From: Coleofasciculus sp. B1-GNL1-01
GTDB lineage: Bacteria; Cyanobacteriota; Cyanobacteriia; Cyanobacteriales; Coleofasciculaceae
Strand: one strand, 5' to 3'
DNA length: 64,000 nucleotides
Assembly: GCA_040220235.1 (NCBI GenBank)
Contig: JAVJTO010000024.1
Below, piece after piece: positions 10,760 through 20,100 of the stretch. The notes under the pieces were generated by a model. It saw nothing but the letters and a program-made list of their open reading frames with translations. It did not search any database and was not told where the DNA came from. Made by a program: the position numbers and the translations under genes. Within the stretch, counting starts at the first letter, position 1. Each line of letters starts with the position of its first letter.

Positions 10760-11380
10760 ATGGCTTTCAGTCGTTATAAAGATATCAGTTCAGTTCTCCA
10801 AGAATTTCAAATTACTTACACAGAAGCCAATTTCATGGGTGAAGTTGAGTTTAGGATATCTGACTATTTCCGAGACGATTTAGAAACTGTACTCCAAGAT
10901 GGCGTTCCTAATGCTTCAGAATTCTCAATTTGCGAGAATCTAATTTATCCGGTTCTGAAAGAGGTGTGGAAATGCTATCGAAGTAAGTTTGTTCTATGGG
11001 GTCATCATTCACTGATCTACGATGAAAACCTATCGGGATTTCCTGAGTATATTTTGGCGAAACGTTCTCCTTTAGGAAAAATTGTGTTTGACAAGCCTTA
11101 CTTTTTATTGGTTGAAGCCAAACAAGATAAGTTTACTGAGGGGTGGGGTCAGTGTCTTGCGGAGATGGTGGCGGCGCAAAAACTTAACGATGAATTAGGA
11201 TTTACGGTTTTTGGCATTGTCTCTAATGGTAAGTATTGGGAATTTGGTCAGTTAGAAAAAACATCATTTACACAAAATAATAATCGCTACTTACTTCAGG
11301 ATTTGGATCAACTATTTGCGGCGGTCAACTATGTTTTTAAAGAATGTGAATCACAACTTGATGTAAAATTAACCGTTTAA
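10760..11380 (+). CDS. Hypothetical protein, putative PD-(D/E)XK / HsdR-N-like fold
   Basis: ATG at 10760 after AGGAGG; motif PEYILAK...LLVEAKQ...GWGQCLAEMVAAQ...GIVSNGKYWEF. Confidence 0.65.
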   Translation: MAFSRYKDISSVLQEFQITYTEANFMGEVEFRISDYFRDDLETVLQDGVPNASEFSICENLIYPVLKEVWKCYRSKFVLWGHHSLIYDENLSGFPEYILAKRSPLGKIVFDKPYFLLVEAKQDKFTEGWGQCLAEMVAAQKLNDELGFTVFGIVSNGKYWEFGQLEKTSFTQNNNRYLLQDLDQLFAAVNYVFKECESQLDVKLTV

Positions 11381-11458
11381 TTTTAACGGGGATTCAGCCT
11401 CTGGAGTATGATAAACAGAGGGTTAAAACTGTTGCAAGAAAGCCTATTTTCCTAAGCA

Positions 11459-11491
11459 AGATACCCGATTTCTTCAAGAAGTCGGGTATCT
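11459..11491. repeat. Dispersed hairpin repeat AGATACCCGA(T/C)TTCTT...AAGAAGTCGGGTATCT
   Basis: Near-perfect inverted repeat; its 3' half plus TCTGTGTACCTCA recurs at about 24365-24394. Confidence 0.65.
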
Positions 11492-11524
11492 GTCTGTGTA
11501 CCTCAGGTTTAACAGCGTTATTTG

Positions 11525-11660
11525 TATAGCGCTACGCGCTAGGCTTTCTTGCAATAGGCAATAGGCAATAGACAATAGTGAAGAAAAAAGCTTACCTGAC
11601 AAGGGATTGAGCAACTTGAATTTTTCTTGATATGTCCTAACCTTAGTGCGTAGTGCTATA
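11525..11660. mobile_element. MITE (TIR TATAGC(G/A)CTACGC)
   Basis: TATAGCGCTACGCGCTAGG...CCTTAGTGCGTAGTGCTATA with internal GCAATAG 7-mers; a lone end occurs at about 49263. Confidence 0.7.
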
Positions 11661-11701
11661 AAACCCTCCCCTACTACTGCCTTCGCGATCGCGTGAATGA
11701 A

Positions 11702-13027
11702 TTACCGGGAATTCATGCCAGGAATGCGACCATTGACATAGTAGTCTCGGGTTCCTTTAGCATTAAGGGCTTCCCCTAAACGATTCAACGCATGAACATA
11801 AGCGGCGGTTCGCAGGGAAACCGCTAACTCTTTGGCAATTAACCAGATATGTTGGCTTTCTTCTACCATTTTCTGTTTCAAATTTTCATTCACTTTTGCC
11901 ACTTTCCAATAGAGTCCACTGCGGTTTTGTACCCATTCAAAATAGCTGACTGTCACCCCTCCCGCATTGACTAGAATATCGGGAAATACGAGAATTCCTT
12001 TGCTGTCTAAAACTTTATCCGCCTCTGAAGTAATCGGACCATTGGCAACTTCAAAGATATAGCGGGCGCGGACATCGTTAACATTATCCTGGGTAATTTG
12101 ATTCTCCAACGCCGCCGGAATCAGAATGTCTACATCTAAGGCTAAGAGTTCGGCATTAGTTAACCGTTCATGTTCAACAATATTACAAACGGTGTCTTGA
12201 CAGTAAACCGCTTGCAGACTTTGACTTGACATTTTATACTGGCGAATACTGGGAATATCTAAGCCTTTTTTGGAATAAATGCCGCCTTGAGAATCACTGA
12301 TAGCAACAACTTTATACCCCGCTTTCGCCAGCAATTCTGCCAATACCGCCCCGGCTTTACCAAATCCCTGAATCGCGATTGTCGTGTATTGGGGAATTAG
12401 ATCCAGTTTAGGTGCCATGGATTCAATCACAAAATAAGCCCCCGTCGCGGTTGCGCCATCGCGCCCCACACTTCCCCCCATGGTGATGGGTTTACCCGTG
12501 ACGACAGCGGGACTAATTTGACGCCGGATGATACTATATTGATCCATCATCCACCCCATAATCATCGCGTTAGTGTAAACATCAGGGGCGAGAATATCCA
12601 CATCCGGTCCAATAAAATCGGCGATCGCGTCAATGTAGCCGCGACTGAGGCGTTCGAGTTCCAGTTTGGATAATCCTTTGGGATTAACCGTAACTCCCCC
12701 CTTCGCACCACCAAACGGTAGATTTAGTACCGCACATTTAAATGTCATCCAAAAGGCGAGGGATTGAACTTCATCCAGAGTAACGTTGGGATGATAGCGT
12801 ACACCGCCTTTTCCGGGTCCCCTGGTGTCATCATATCGAACTCGATATCCTTGTACCATGGTTAATGAGCCATCATCCATGCGAACCGGGATGGACACAC
12901 TCAGGCTCATTTTGGGATGCTTTAAACGTGCGATCGCATCTTCGGAAATCGAGACATGTTTCATCGCCGCTTGCAATCGGGTGCCAGCATCCGCTAATAA
13001 TGAATCAGACATTCCATTGTTCCTCAT
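11702..13027 (-). CDS. gdhA: Glutamate dehydrogenase (Glu/Leu/Phe/Val dehydrogenase family)
   Basis: GPGKGGVRYHP, FGGAKGG, VVTGKP, QGFGKAG and NAGGVTVSYFEW motifs. Confidence 0.95.
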   Translation of the reverse strand: MRNNGMSDSLLADAGTRLQAAMKHVSISEDAIARLKHPKMSLSVSIPVRMDDGSLTMVQGYRVRYDDTRGPGKGGVRYHPNVTLDEVQSLAFWMTFKCAVLNLPFGGAKGGVTVNPKGLSKLELERLSRGYIDAIADFIGPDVDILAPDVYTNAMIMGWMMDQYSIIRRQISPAVVTGKPITMGGSVGRDGATATGAYFVIESMAPKLDLIPQYTTIAIQGFGKAGAVLAELLAKAGYKVVAISDSQGGIYSKKGLDIPSIRQYKMSSQSLQAVYCQDTVCNIVEHERLTNAELLALDVDILIPAALENQITQDNVNDVRARYIFEVANGPITSEADKVLDSKGILVFPDILVNAGGVTVSYFEWVQNRSGLYWKVAKVNENLKQKMVEESQHIWLIAKELAVSLRTAAYVHALNRLGEALNAKGTRDYYVNGRIPGMNSR

Positions 13028-13400
13028 AAAGATAAGGGATTAAACTAAAATTAAAGAGAATTTCATCGCAAGACAAATCGCCCCCTGGGATTGGGATTGA
13101 ACCAGGAAACTTAATCACCAGCACAGCTTGCTTGGCGATTCAAGTCCCTAATGTCCAGACTCCAGCGCCAGTTAAGTAATTTTGGGTTTGAATTAAGCAA
13201 AACTTATATATAGGCGCGATCGCGCTTATCGATGAATAAAACAACGGCTTCATCTCTCCTTGATCTAGAAAAGATTAAAGTCGGTGCGATTTGCCCTTAC
13301 TACGATTATTTCACGGGAGTTGATTAAATTGTCAATAACGTGTAGTTTTCGTTACTTTTTTAACATAAAGTTTACATTTCGCTTGTAGATGCGCTTGTAG

Positions 13401-13572
13401 TTGCGCTTGTAGTTGCGCTTTAGCGCCGATATAACGTTGAGGTTAGATCCTACATTGAAGTAGTGATAGGCTAAAGCCCTTACTACAAACTCTAACCTTG
13501 CACAGTTAAATCATACAACTGTTAGATCCTACGTTGAAGCGATGAGTAGGCTAAAGCCCTTACTACAAACTA
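13401..13572. repeat. Left REP cassette (direct repeat 1) flanking the RAYT gene
   Basis: GTAGTTGCGCTTTAGCGC plus two inverted GGCTAAAGCCCTTACTAC units; collinear with 14173-14343. Confidence 0.9.
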
Positions 13573-14162
13573 AACTTATCCCACTCTTTCCCGTAATCTT
13601 GAACAGGAAATCCAACCCAACACTGTCTCAACCACTCTCGCCCCCTTTCCTGCAAATACCAGTGAACACTACTTGTGTCCCAATCATAGGGAGATTCAAC
13701 ATAATTATGTTTCACCGGATTGTAGTGGATATAGTTTAAAGTAGCATAATAATGACGTTGCGAACGAATCGCGCGATCGCAGTAAGAATACCAAACTTTT
13801 CCCCTTAACTTATCTTCTAGATTCCACTGACGAGCCAGTCTACCATGAATCAGGCGGAAAATACCACTCACCCGCTTAAACTCAACGGTATTGACTAATA
13901 CATGATAATGATTAGTTAAAATGACCCAAGCGAGGATTTCAATACCTGCGTCTAGGAAATTCTTAAATAATTGGTCTAAAAGTTCCTGACGACGAGAGAT
14001 ACTATTGATACGGGGTTTGTGTTCGTAGCAAGCCGCCGTTAGCAGGTAGAAATCTTTATTTTGAAAAGGATGGGGAGGAGAATGAGGAGGAAAGCCTTGA
14101 AGTTTACGGTATTCAAGGATTTCAGCTTTTTGGATGGGAGTAAGGTAGCGATAGTTGTACAT
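13563..14162 (-). CDS. REP-associated tyrosine transposase (RAYT, IS200-like Y1 HUH)
   Basis: HUH motif AWVILTNHYHVL and VWYSYCDRAIR...YIHYNPVKH...PYDWDTSS; likely start MYNYRY at 14162; the TAG stop lies within a REP. Confidence 0.9.
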   Translation of the reverse strand: MYNYRYLTPIQKAEILEYRKLQGFPPHSPPHPFQNKDFYLLTAACYEHKPRINSISRRQELLDQLFKNFLDAGIEILAWVILTNHYHVLVNTVEFKRVSGIFRLIHGRLARQWNLEDKLRGKVWYSYCDRAIRSQRHYYATLNYIHYNPVKHNYVESPYDWDTSSVHWYLQERGREWLRQCWVGFPVQDYGKEWDKFSL

Positions 14163-14172
14163 AAGTTTGTCC

Positions 14173-14343
14173 TTGCGCTTGTAGTTGCGCTTTAGCGCCA
14201 ATATAACGTTGAGGTTAGTTCCTACGTTGACACGCTGATAGGCTAGAGCTTTGACTACAAACTCTAACCTTGCACAGTTAAATTATACAACTGTTAGTTC
14301 CTACGTTGACGCGCTGATAGGCTAAAGCCCTTACTACAAACTA
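14173..14343. repeat. Right REP cassette (direct repeat 2) flanking the RAYT gene
   Basis: Same order and orientation of modules as 13401-13572. Confidence 0.9.
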
Positions 14344-14417
14344 CAAACTACAAACAGGACGACTAAACACTGGTGAATAGTCGCCCGGATAACTTTTTGG
14401 GGGGCTTTCAGGTGCGT

Positions 14418-14780
14418 TTAATCAGTGTTTTTTAGCCCTTCAATCATGTCTTTCACTTTTTCAAACACGTTCTTATCAGGCTGAGATTCTTCATACTTTT
14501 CCTTTTCCTCTTCGTAAAGTTTTTCCACTCCTTTTTGCGGATCTTTCGACAGTGCTTCTGTGGCTTCTTCGTAGGCTTCTTCTTTCTCTTGCTGTGACAA
14601 TCCTAATTCGGTCTTTTCTGTTTTTGGTGGAGTTGTCAAGGGTGTATCAGAGTCAGCTAACGCGGCTTGATTGCTCAGGAGTAATAAACCCCCTAGATTG
14701 ATTAAAGTAATTAAACTTAAAGCCCAAAGCATTTTGCCAATCCGTTGCTGAAAATTGATTAAAAATTGTAACATTGCCAT
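14418..14780 (-). CDS. Hypothetical exported, acidic small protein
   Basis: 120 aa, signal peptide ending ALA, GGAG upstream of the start. Confidence 0.7.
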   Translation of the reverse strand: MAMLQFLINFQQRIGKMLWALSLITLINLGGLLLLSNQAALADSDTPLTTPPKTEKTELGLSQQEKEEAYEEATEALSKDPQKGVEKLYEEEKEKYEESQPDKNVFEKVKDMIEGLKNTD

Positions 14781-14967
14781 CTCCTTTTAAGTGTAAAACC
14801 GAAATTAGCTTGAGATGCTAATCATAGCTGCTAATGATAACCTTAGCTTCTGCCCATGGATAGATATACTAATTTTATCATCGCCGCCAATCCTCAAATT
14901 AAGCAATCATTACTGGCTAGGCTTGCTTGACTCGCTAACCCCATCCTAGCCATTGAATTATTACTTA

Positions 14968-15783
14968 TTATTTATGAATGTCTATTAATCCAGTTGAGAG
15001 CATTTTTTTTAACTCCTGATTGAGCGCCTGATACCCTCTAGGATTGATATGTAACGTATCGTAAACGTACTGGCTTTTAACCTGCTGATCCTCTACCAAA
15101 AGTGAATAGGCATCTAAAATGAAGACATTTTTGGCTTTTAGCGAGTAGAGGTAAGCATTGACATCCTCAACGGCTTTGGCGACATCAGGTGACCAAAACG
15201 GTTGACGAATCAGGGGAACCGGACCAATGGGGAAAATGGTGGTTAAAATAACGGTGGCATCCTGTTTGACTGCACGATCGACAATCTTGTGAATATTCGT
15301 CTTACAGTTACTAACAATGGTGGATTTTTGCTTAGGGAATAGTGGGATCGTTTTCAAATCGTTAATCCCAACTTGCACAACGATAATATCGGGATGTAAG
15401 GGTAAAATATGTTGATCAAAACGTCCCAATACCTGAGTAGACGTTTGACTGCCAATGCCACGATTGATAAAAGAAACATTGTTAATATTGTCTGGCTCAA
15501 CCCACATTGCTGCTCGCGAGTCACCAAAGAAGACAACGGTTACTGGAGAGTGAGTCGAGGAACGATCAGCTAACGAATCCCCACTCAAGGTTTGTAATCC
15601 GAGGGGATCGAGATTGGTTTTGTTCAGTTGTAGGTAGTACGATTTGGCTTGGGAGAAGAGGAAAAGATTGACAACCAGTGATACAACTAATGCGGACAGA
15701 GCGAAGAACAACACCAACTGAAATAAACGTTTTTGTTTCTGCAGTTTGTAAATGTATTGGTTTCGATTATGCTCCGGTAACAC
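14968..15783 (-). CDS. SGNH/GDSL hydrolase, membrane-anchored
   Basis: FFGDS, NRGIG, GIND and DTLH blocks. Confidence 0.9.
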   Translation of the reverse strand: MLPEHNRNQYIYKLQKQKRLFQLVLFFALSALVVSLVVNLFLFSQAKSYYLQLNKTNLDPLGLQTLSGDSLADRSSTHSPVTVVFFGDSRAAMWVEPDNINNVSFINRGIGSQTSTQVLGRFDQHILPLHPDIIVVQVGINDLKTIPLFPKQKSTIVSNCKTNIHKIVDRAVKQDATVILTTIFPIGPVPLIRQPFWSPDVAKAVEDVNAYLYSLKAKNVFILDAYSLLVEDQQVKSQYVYDTLHINPRGYQALNQELKKMLSTGLIDIHK

Positions 15784-15919
15784 GCCAGAATTTCAACTCC
15801 TTTGCTTGTAAAATTCACCTCAATACGACCCCATACTGAATGGATGATAATTTCAGTCAGGCTTAACTATTAAGCTTGATTTTAATTAATAAATTAAGCT
15901 TACGTGAATGGGATTAAAA

Positions 15920-16351
15920 TTAAGTGCATGATAGCTCATCAGAGGGTTGGATTGACTCGAAAGTCATCAGAATCTCTTTAGGAATTCCCCGTGGGCGCAT
16001 CGTAACCCCATCCACCCACACCCAGATTGCTTCGGCAATGACTAAGGGTTGCACTTCTCCCAATCGATGAATTTCATAGCGTCTAATCGCCCGGGTTCCT
16101 TTCATCTGCTGTAGCCAAGTGGTGATTTCTAGGGTATCATCTGCCATTGCTGGACGCAGATAGTCGATCGCAATCCGACGCATGACAAACACACCTCCTA
16201 AATTTCGGCATTGTGCCAAAGAGTAACCCAGGAGTTGGGCGTGTTCCACGGCGGCTTGTTCAAGATAATTCTGGTAAACACCATTGTTGACATGTCCGAG
16301 GACATCAATTTCATAATGCCGCACCCGCAATTGCCTGGTATAGATTTGCAT
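15920..16351 (-). CDS. Acyl-CoA thioesterase (4HBT/YbgC hotdog family)
   Basis: VRHYEIDVLGHVNNGVYQNYLEQA motif. Confidence 0.92.
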   Translation of the reverse strand: MQIYTRQLRVRHYEIDVLGHVNNGVYQNYLEQAAVEHAQLLGYSLAQCRNLGGVFVMRRIAIDYLRPAMADDTLEITTWLQQMKGTRAIRRYEIHRLGEVQPLVIAEAIWVWVDGVTMRPRGIPKEILMTFESIQPSDELSCT

Positions 16352-17189
16352 GGGCTTTCACTGTCGTTGAGATGCTCAGGGTTGAGGATACGCGCTTTGG
16401 CGAGTCCCTAGCTAAGTTAGCATACTGACAACTCTGGCACAGCGACGTCTATGACTGTCTTGATTTAGCCCAGATAGCGCCACCGAGTATTTCAATAGCG
16501 TGCTTGATCGTTTATTATAGAAAATAAGCTGTTCTATTTTTTCTCACCTTGCCATTAACCTGGAGGAATCATTAATAAAGGAATTCTGAACTGGGTAGCG
16601 GCAAAATAGCTGAATGTCTAGAACACTACTAATCACTTTCAGTCAGATTAGGCACAATCAAGAGACGGCTTGCCACTCTCGATTTTTGTTGCTTCATTGA
16701 GTGGTCAATTCCTCTAGGAGAACTACAAAATATTTGACTTTTTTGCCATTTAATGCTGATGTTAGAATTTATTGATTTCCTAATCAATACGTAAATTTTT
16801 TTTAATTTTTTTGCAGTTTAGCCCGACAAATCAGGAAAAGCTACGCAGAGCTTTGCAGTCTAGTTGTGGGTAGATAAACTAGTTAAGTGTTCAACTCTAT
16901 GCATGGCAGATATAACCGACCCGCTTTTGCAACAGGGATGTTTCTAAAGTCAGAAAAAATCGTAACTTTGACTCTGGGATATGGGGAGGAAAACTGTCAC
17001 GGCATTACCTTAGTACCGCACGATCTTGAACGTCACACGTCAAAAGCATTTTGCCATGACTCGGTTCACTGATTTGAATAGTCGGTTTTTCTGGCGTCCG
17101 CGTGTACTACCCTGAATCCTTATGTTCAGTCCCTTTATCGTTATCGCTGACTGAAATAAGCCCAAGTTTCTCCGCTCGGTAGAGTTTGT

Positions 17190-20100
17190 ATGTTTCCCTT
17201 TTTCAATCGACTGTTAATCGATGGGTTGATTCATTGGTGTAATGTAGCTGGCTGGCTTTTTGATTTCAGCCCAATTCGCCCAGTGCTAATCTATGGCGGT
17301 GTCTTTGCTGTCATGGGGTTATTGGCTATAGGTTTAGTCGGCTTAAGACAAACTCGACGAAAAAGAAATGCGACCGCTTTTGCCAATTCCCCAGAACAGT
17401 TGACTAAAACAATACCAACCGACTTCGCCCTATTGTTTCAAGCGATTCCTCAGGCGGTAGTTGTTACGGATACAGACGGTTTTATCGTTAAGGTTAACTC
17501 CGCGTTTAATCAGCTTTTTGGGTATCAACCAGAAGCCTTAGTGGGACAACCCTTATCGCAGTTATATGCGAATCCTGAGGAGTTTGATCCACAGACGATG
17601 AATCCGGATTCGGCGGATTTCAATCAGTCCAAAGTGATAAACTATCAACGCCAAACCGGGAATAGTTTTAGCAGCGAAACCCTTAATAGTGTCGTTAAAG
17701 ATAGAGACGGAAACGTTGTGGGAATTCTCTGGCTGATTCGCGATATTAGCGATCGCCAGCAAACCGAACTCGCCCTACAAGCCAGTGATGAGCGCTTAAA
17801 CCTGCTGATTGACGGGATCAAAGACTATGCGATTTACCTGCTTGATACTGAAGGTAAGATTGTTAGCTGGAATGCAGGCGCTCAACGTCTGAAAGGGTAT
17901 TCAGCATCCGAGATCATTGGTCAATCTTATCAGTGTTTTTTCCTCAAGGACGATCAAGAAAGCGGTAAACCCGAACAATCCTTAAAAATTGCCGCCGAAA
18001 CGGGTCGATTTGAGGATGAAGGGTGGCGCATTCGGCGGGATGGTTCCCAGTTTTGGTGTACAACGATTATTACGGCGCTGCGCGATGAAACAGGATACTT
18101 GCGGGGGTTTGCCAAAGTCACCCGCAACATTACCGAATCCAAGCAGACTGAGGTGCGCTTACAACTGTTGGAACGGGCGATCGCAGCCAGTAGTAATGGT
18201 ATCCTGATTACTGATCCAAATGTACCCGATAATCCGATTATTTTCGTCAATCCCGGCTTTGAGCGAATTACTGGTTATTCAGCTCAAGAGGTTTTGGGAA
18301 AAAACTGTCGCTTCTTACAAGGAGATAATCAGCAACAACCTGGCTTAGATAAACTAAAAGCGGCACTAAAAAACGAACAAGACTGTCACGTCATCCTGCA
18401 AAACACTCGCAAAGACGGGACACGCTTCTGGAATGAATTGTCCATTTCCCCCATCCGCGATCACAATGGCAAACTCACCCACTATATTGGCATTCAAACT
18501 GATATTAGTGAACGTCGCCAAGCCGAACAAGAACGCGATCGCATCTTTGACCTGTCCGTTGATATGCTTTGTATTGCGGGGTTTGATGGCTATTTTAGAC
18601 GCCTGAATCCCGCCTGGGAAAAAACTCTGGGATGGAGTGAAGCTGAACTCTTAGCCCAACCTTATCTAGAATTGGTTCATCCCGATGATCACGCCGCGAC
18701 TCTGGCGGAAGCTGAACAACTGACAAGGGGGAAAGATTCCATCGCCTTTGAAAATCGCTATCGCTGTCGCGATGGTTCCTATCGCTGGCTGTTGTGGAAT
18801 GCGAAAGCTTTAGTTGAAGAAGGATTAATCTATTGTGTGGCTCATGACGTAACTGAACGCAAGCAAGCCGAAGCCGCCTTACGGGAAAGTGAAGCCCGTT
18901 TCCGGGCGATGGCAGATAGTGCGCCTGTACTGTTGTGGGTGGCGGGAACCGATGGACGTTGTACGTTTTTCAACCGCCCCTGGTTGGACTTTACCGGACG
19001 CCGTTTAGAGGATGAACTGGGCGAGGGATGGCTAGAGGCGGTACATCCAGAAGACAAGGAGAATTGCCGACAAACCTATACTCATGCCTTTAACCGTCGC
19101 CAAGCCTTTCGCATGGAATACCGACTGCGACGCGCTGATGGGGAATACCGTTGGTTCTTAGATACAGGTGTACCTCGGTTTGGCACGGATGGTAGTTTTC
19201 TCGGTTATATCGGTTCTTGTATCGATATCACAGATGTAAAAGAAAGTCAAGCTGCTCTGGAATATTCCCAATCCCTGCTATCGGGGGTATTAAATAGTTC
19301 CCTGGATGGGGTGATGGCATTTGAGGCGGTTCGCGATCGCCAAGGGACTATTATTGATTTTAAATGGTTGCTCGTCAATCCGGCTGCCGAACGCATGGTG
19401 GGACGAACGAGTGAGGAACTCATTGGTAAGCAGTTACTCATGGAAATGCCGGGAAATCGCCAGGAAGGGCTGTTTGATTTCTATGTTCAGGTAACCGAAA
19501 CAGGGATTCCGCTTGAGCGAGAATTTCATTACCACCACGAAGGAATTCAGGCTTGGTTTCAAATCGCCGCCGTCAAATTAGGGGACGGGTTTGCCGTTAC
19601 CTTTGGTAATATCACCCATCGCAAACAAGCCGAGGACGCTTTATATCAGAAAAACTCAGAACTGCAAGCGATTTTTAACGCCCTTCCGGATTTGTATTTT
19701 CGCTTGAGTCAAGATGGAACGATTCTCGATTATCAAGCTACCAATCGGGGTGAATTATACGTTCCGCCAGAACAGTTTTTGGGACAGCCAGTACACAATG
19801 TTCTCCCTGCTGATGTGAGTGATAAAATTCAGGGGGCGATCGCGCAGGTGATTCAGCGCCAATCCCCAGTGAGTCTGGACTATTCCTTATCCTTAGAGAC
19901 AGGGGAGCAAAACTATGAAGCCCGACTCGTGCCATTTTTGGACAATCAAATTATTGGCATTATCCGGAATATTACCGAGCGCAAACAGATTGAGCAACAA
20001 CAGCGCCAAGACGAAGCCGCGATTCGGGCTTTATATCGAGTGGCTGCTGCACCCAAACTCACGTTTGAGCAACGTCTACAAGGACTCTTAGCCTTGGGGC

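Noticed and set aside
13342..13355. GTA-N8-TAC NtcA-like box about 315 bp upstream of gdhA
   Set aside because: A 6-bp match is expected by chance every few kb, and there is no -10 box at the canonical spacing.
13381..14355. Regularly spaced repeats that could suggest a CRISPR array
   Set aside because: The spacers are themselves repeated, the units are GTAG REPs around a RAYT gene, and there are no cas genes.
16820..16940. Possible c-di-GMP riboswitch upstream of the LOV kinase (60420-60620 upstream of the MCP also examined)
   Set aside because: Only fragmentary resemblance; the GEMM two-hairpin consensus could not be built by eye and an Rfam scan is needed.
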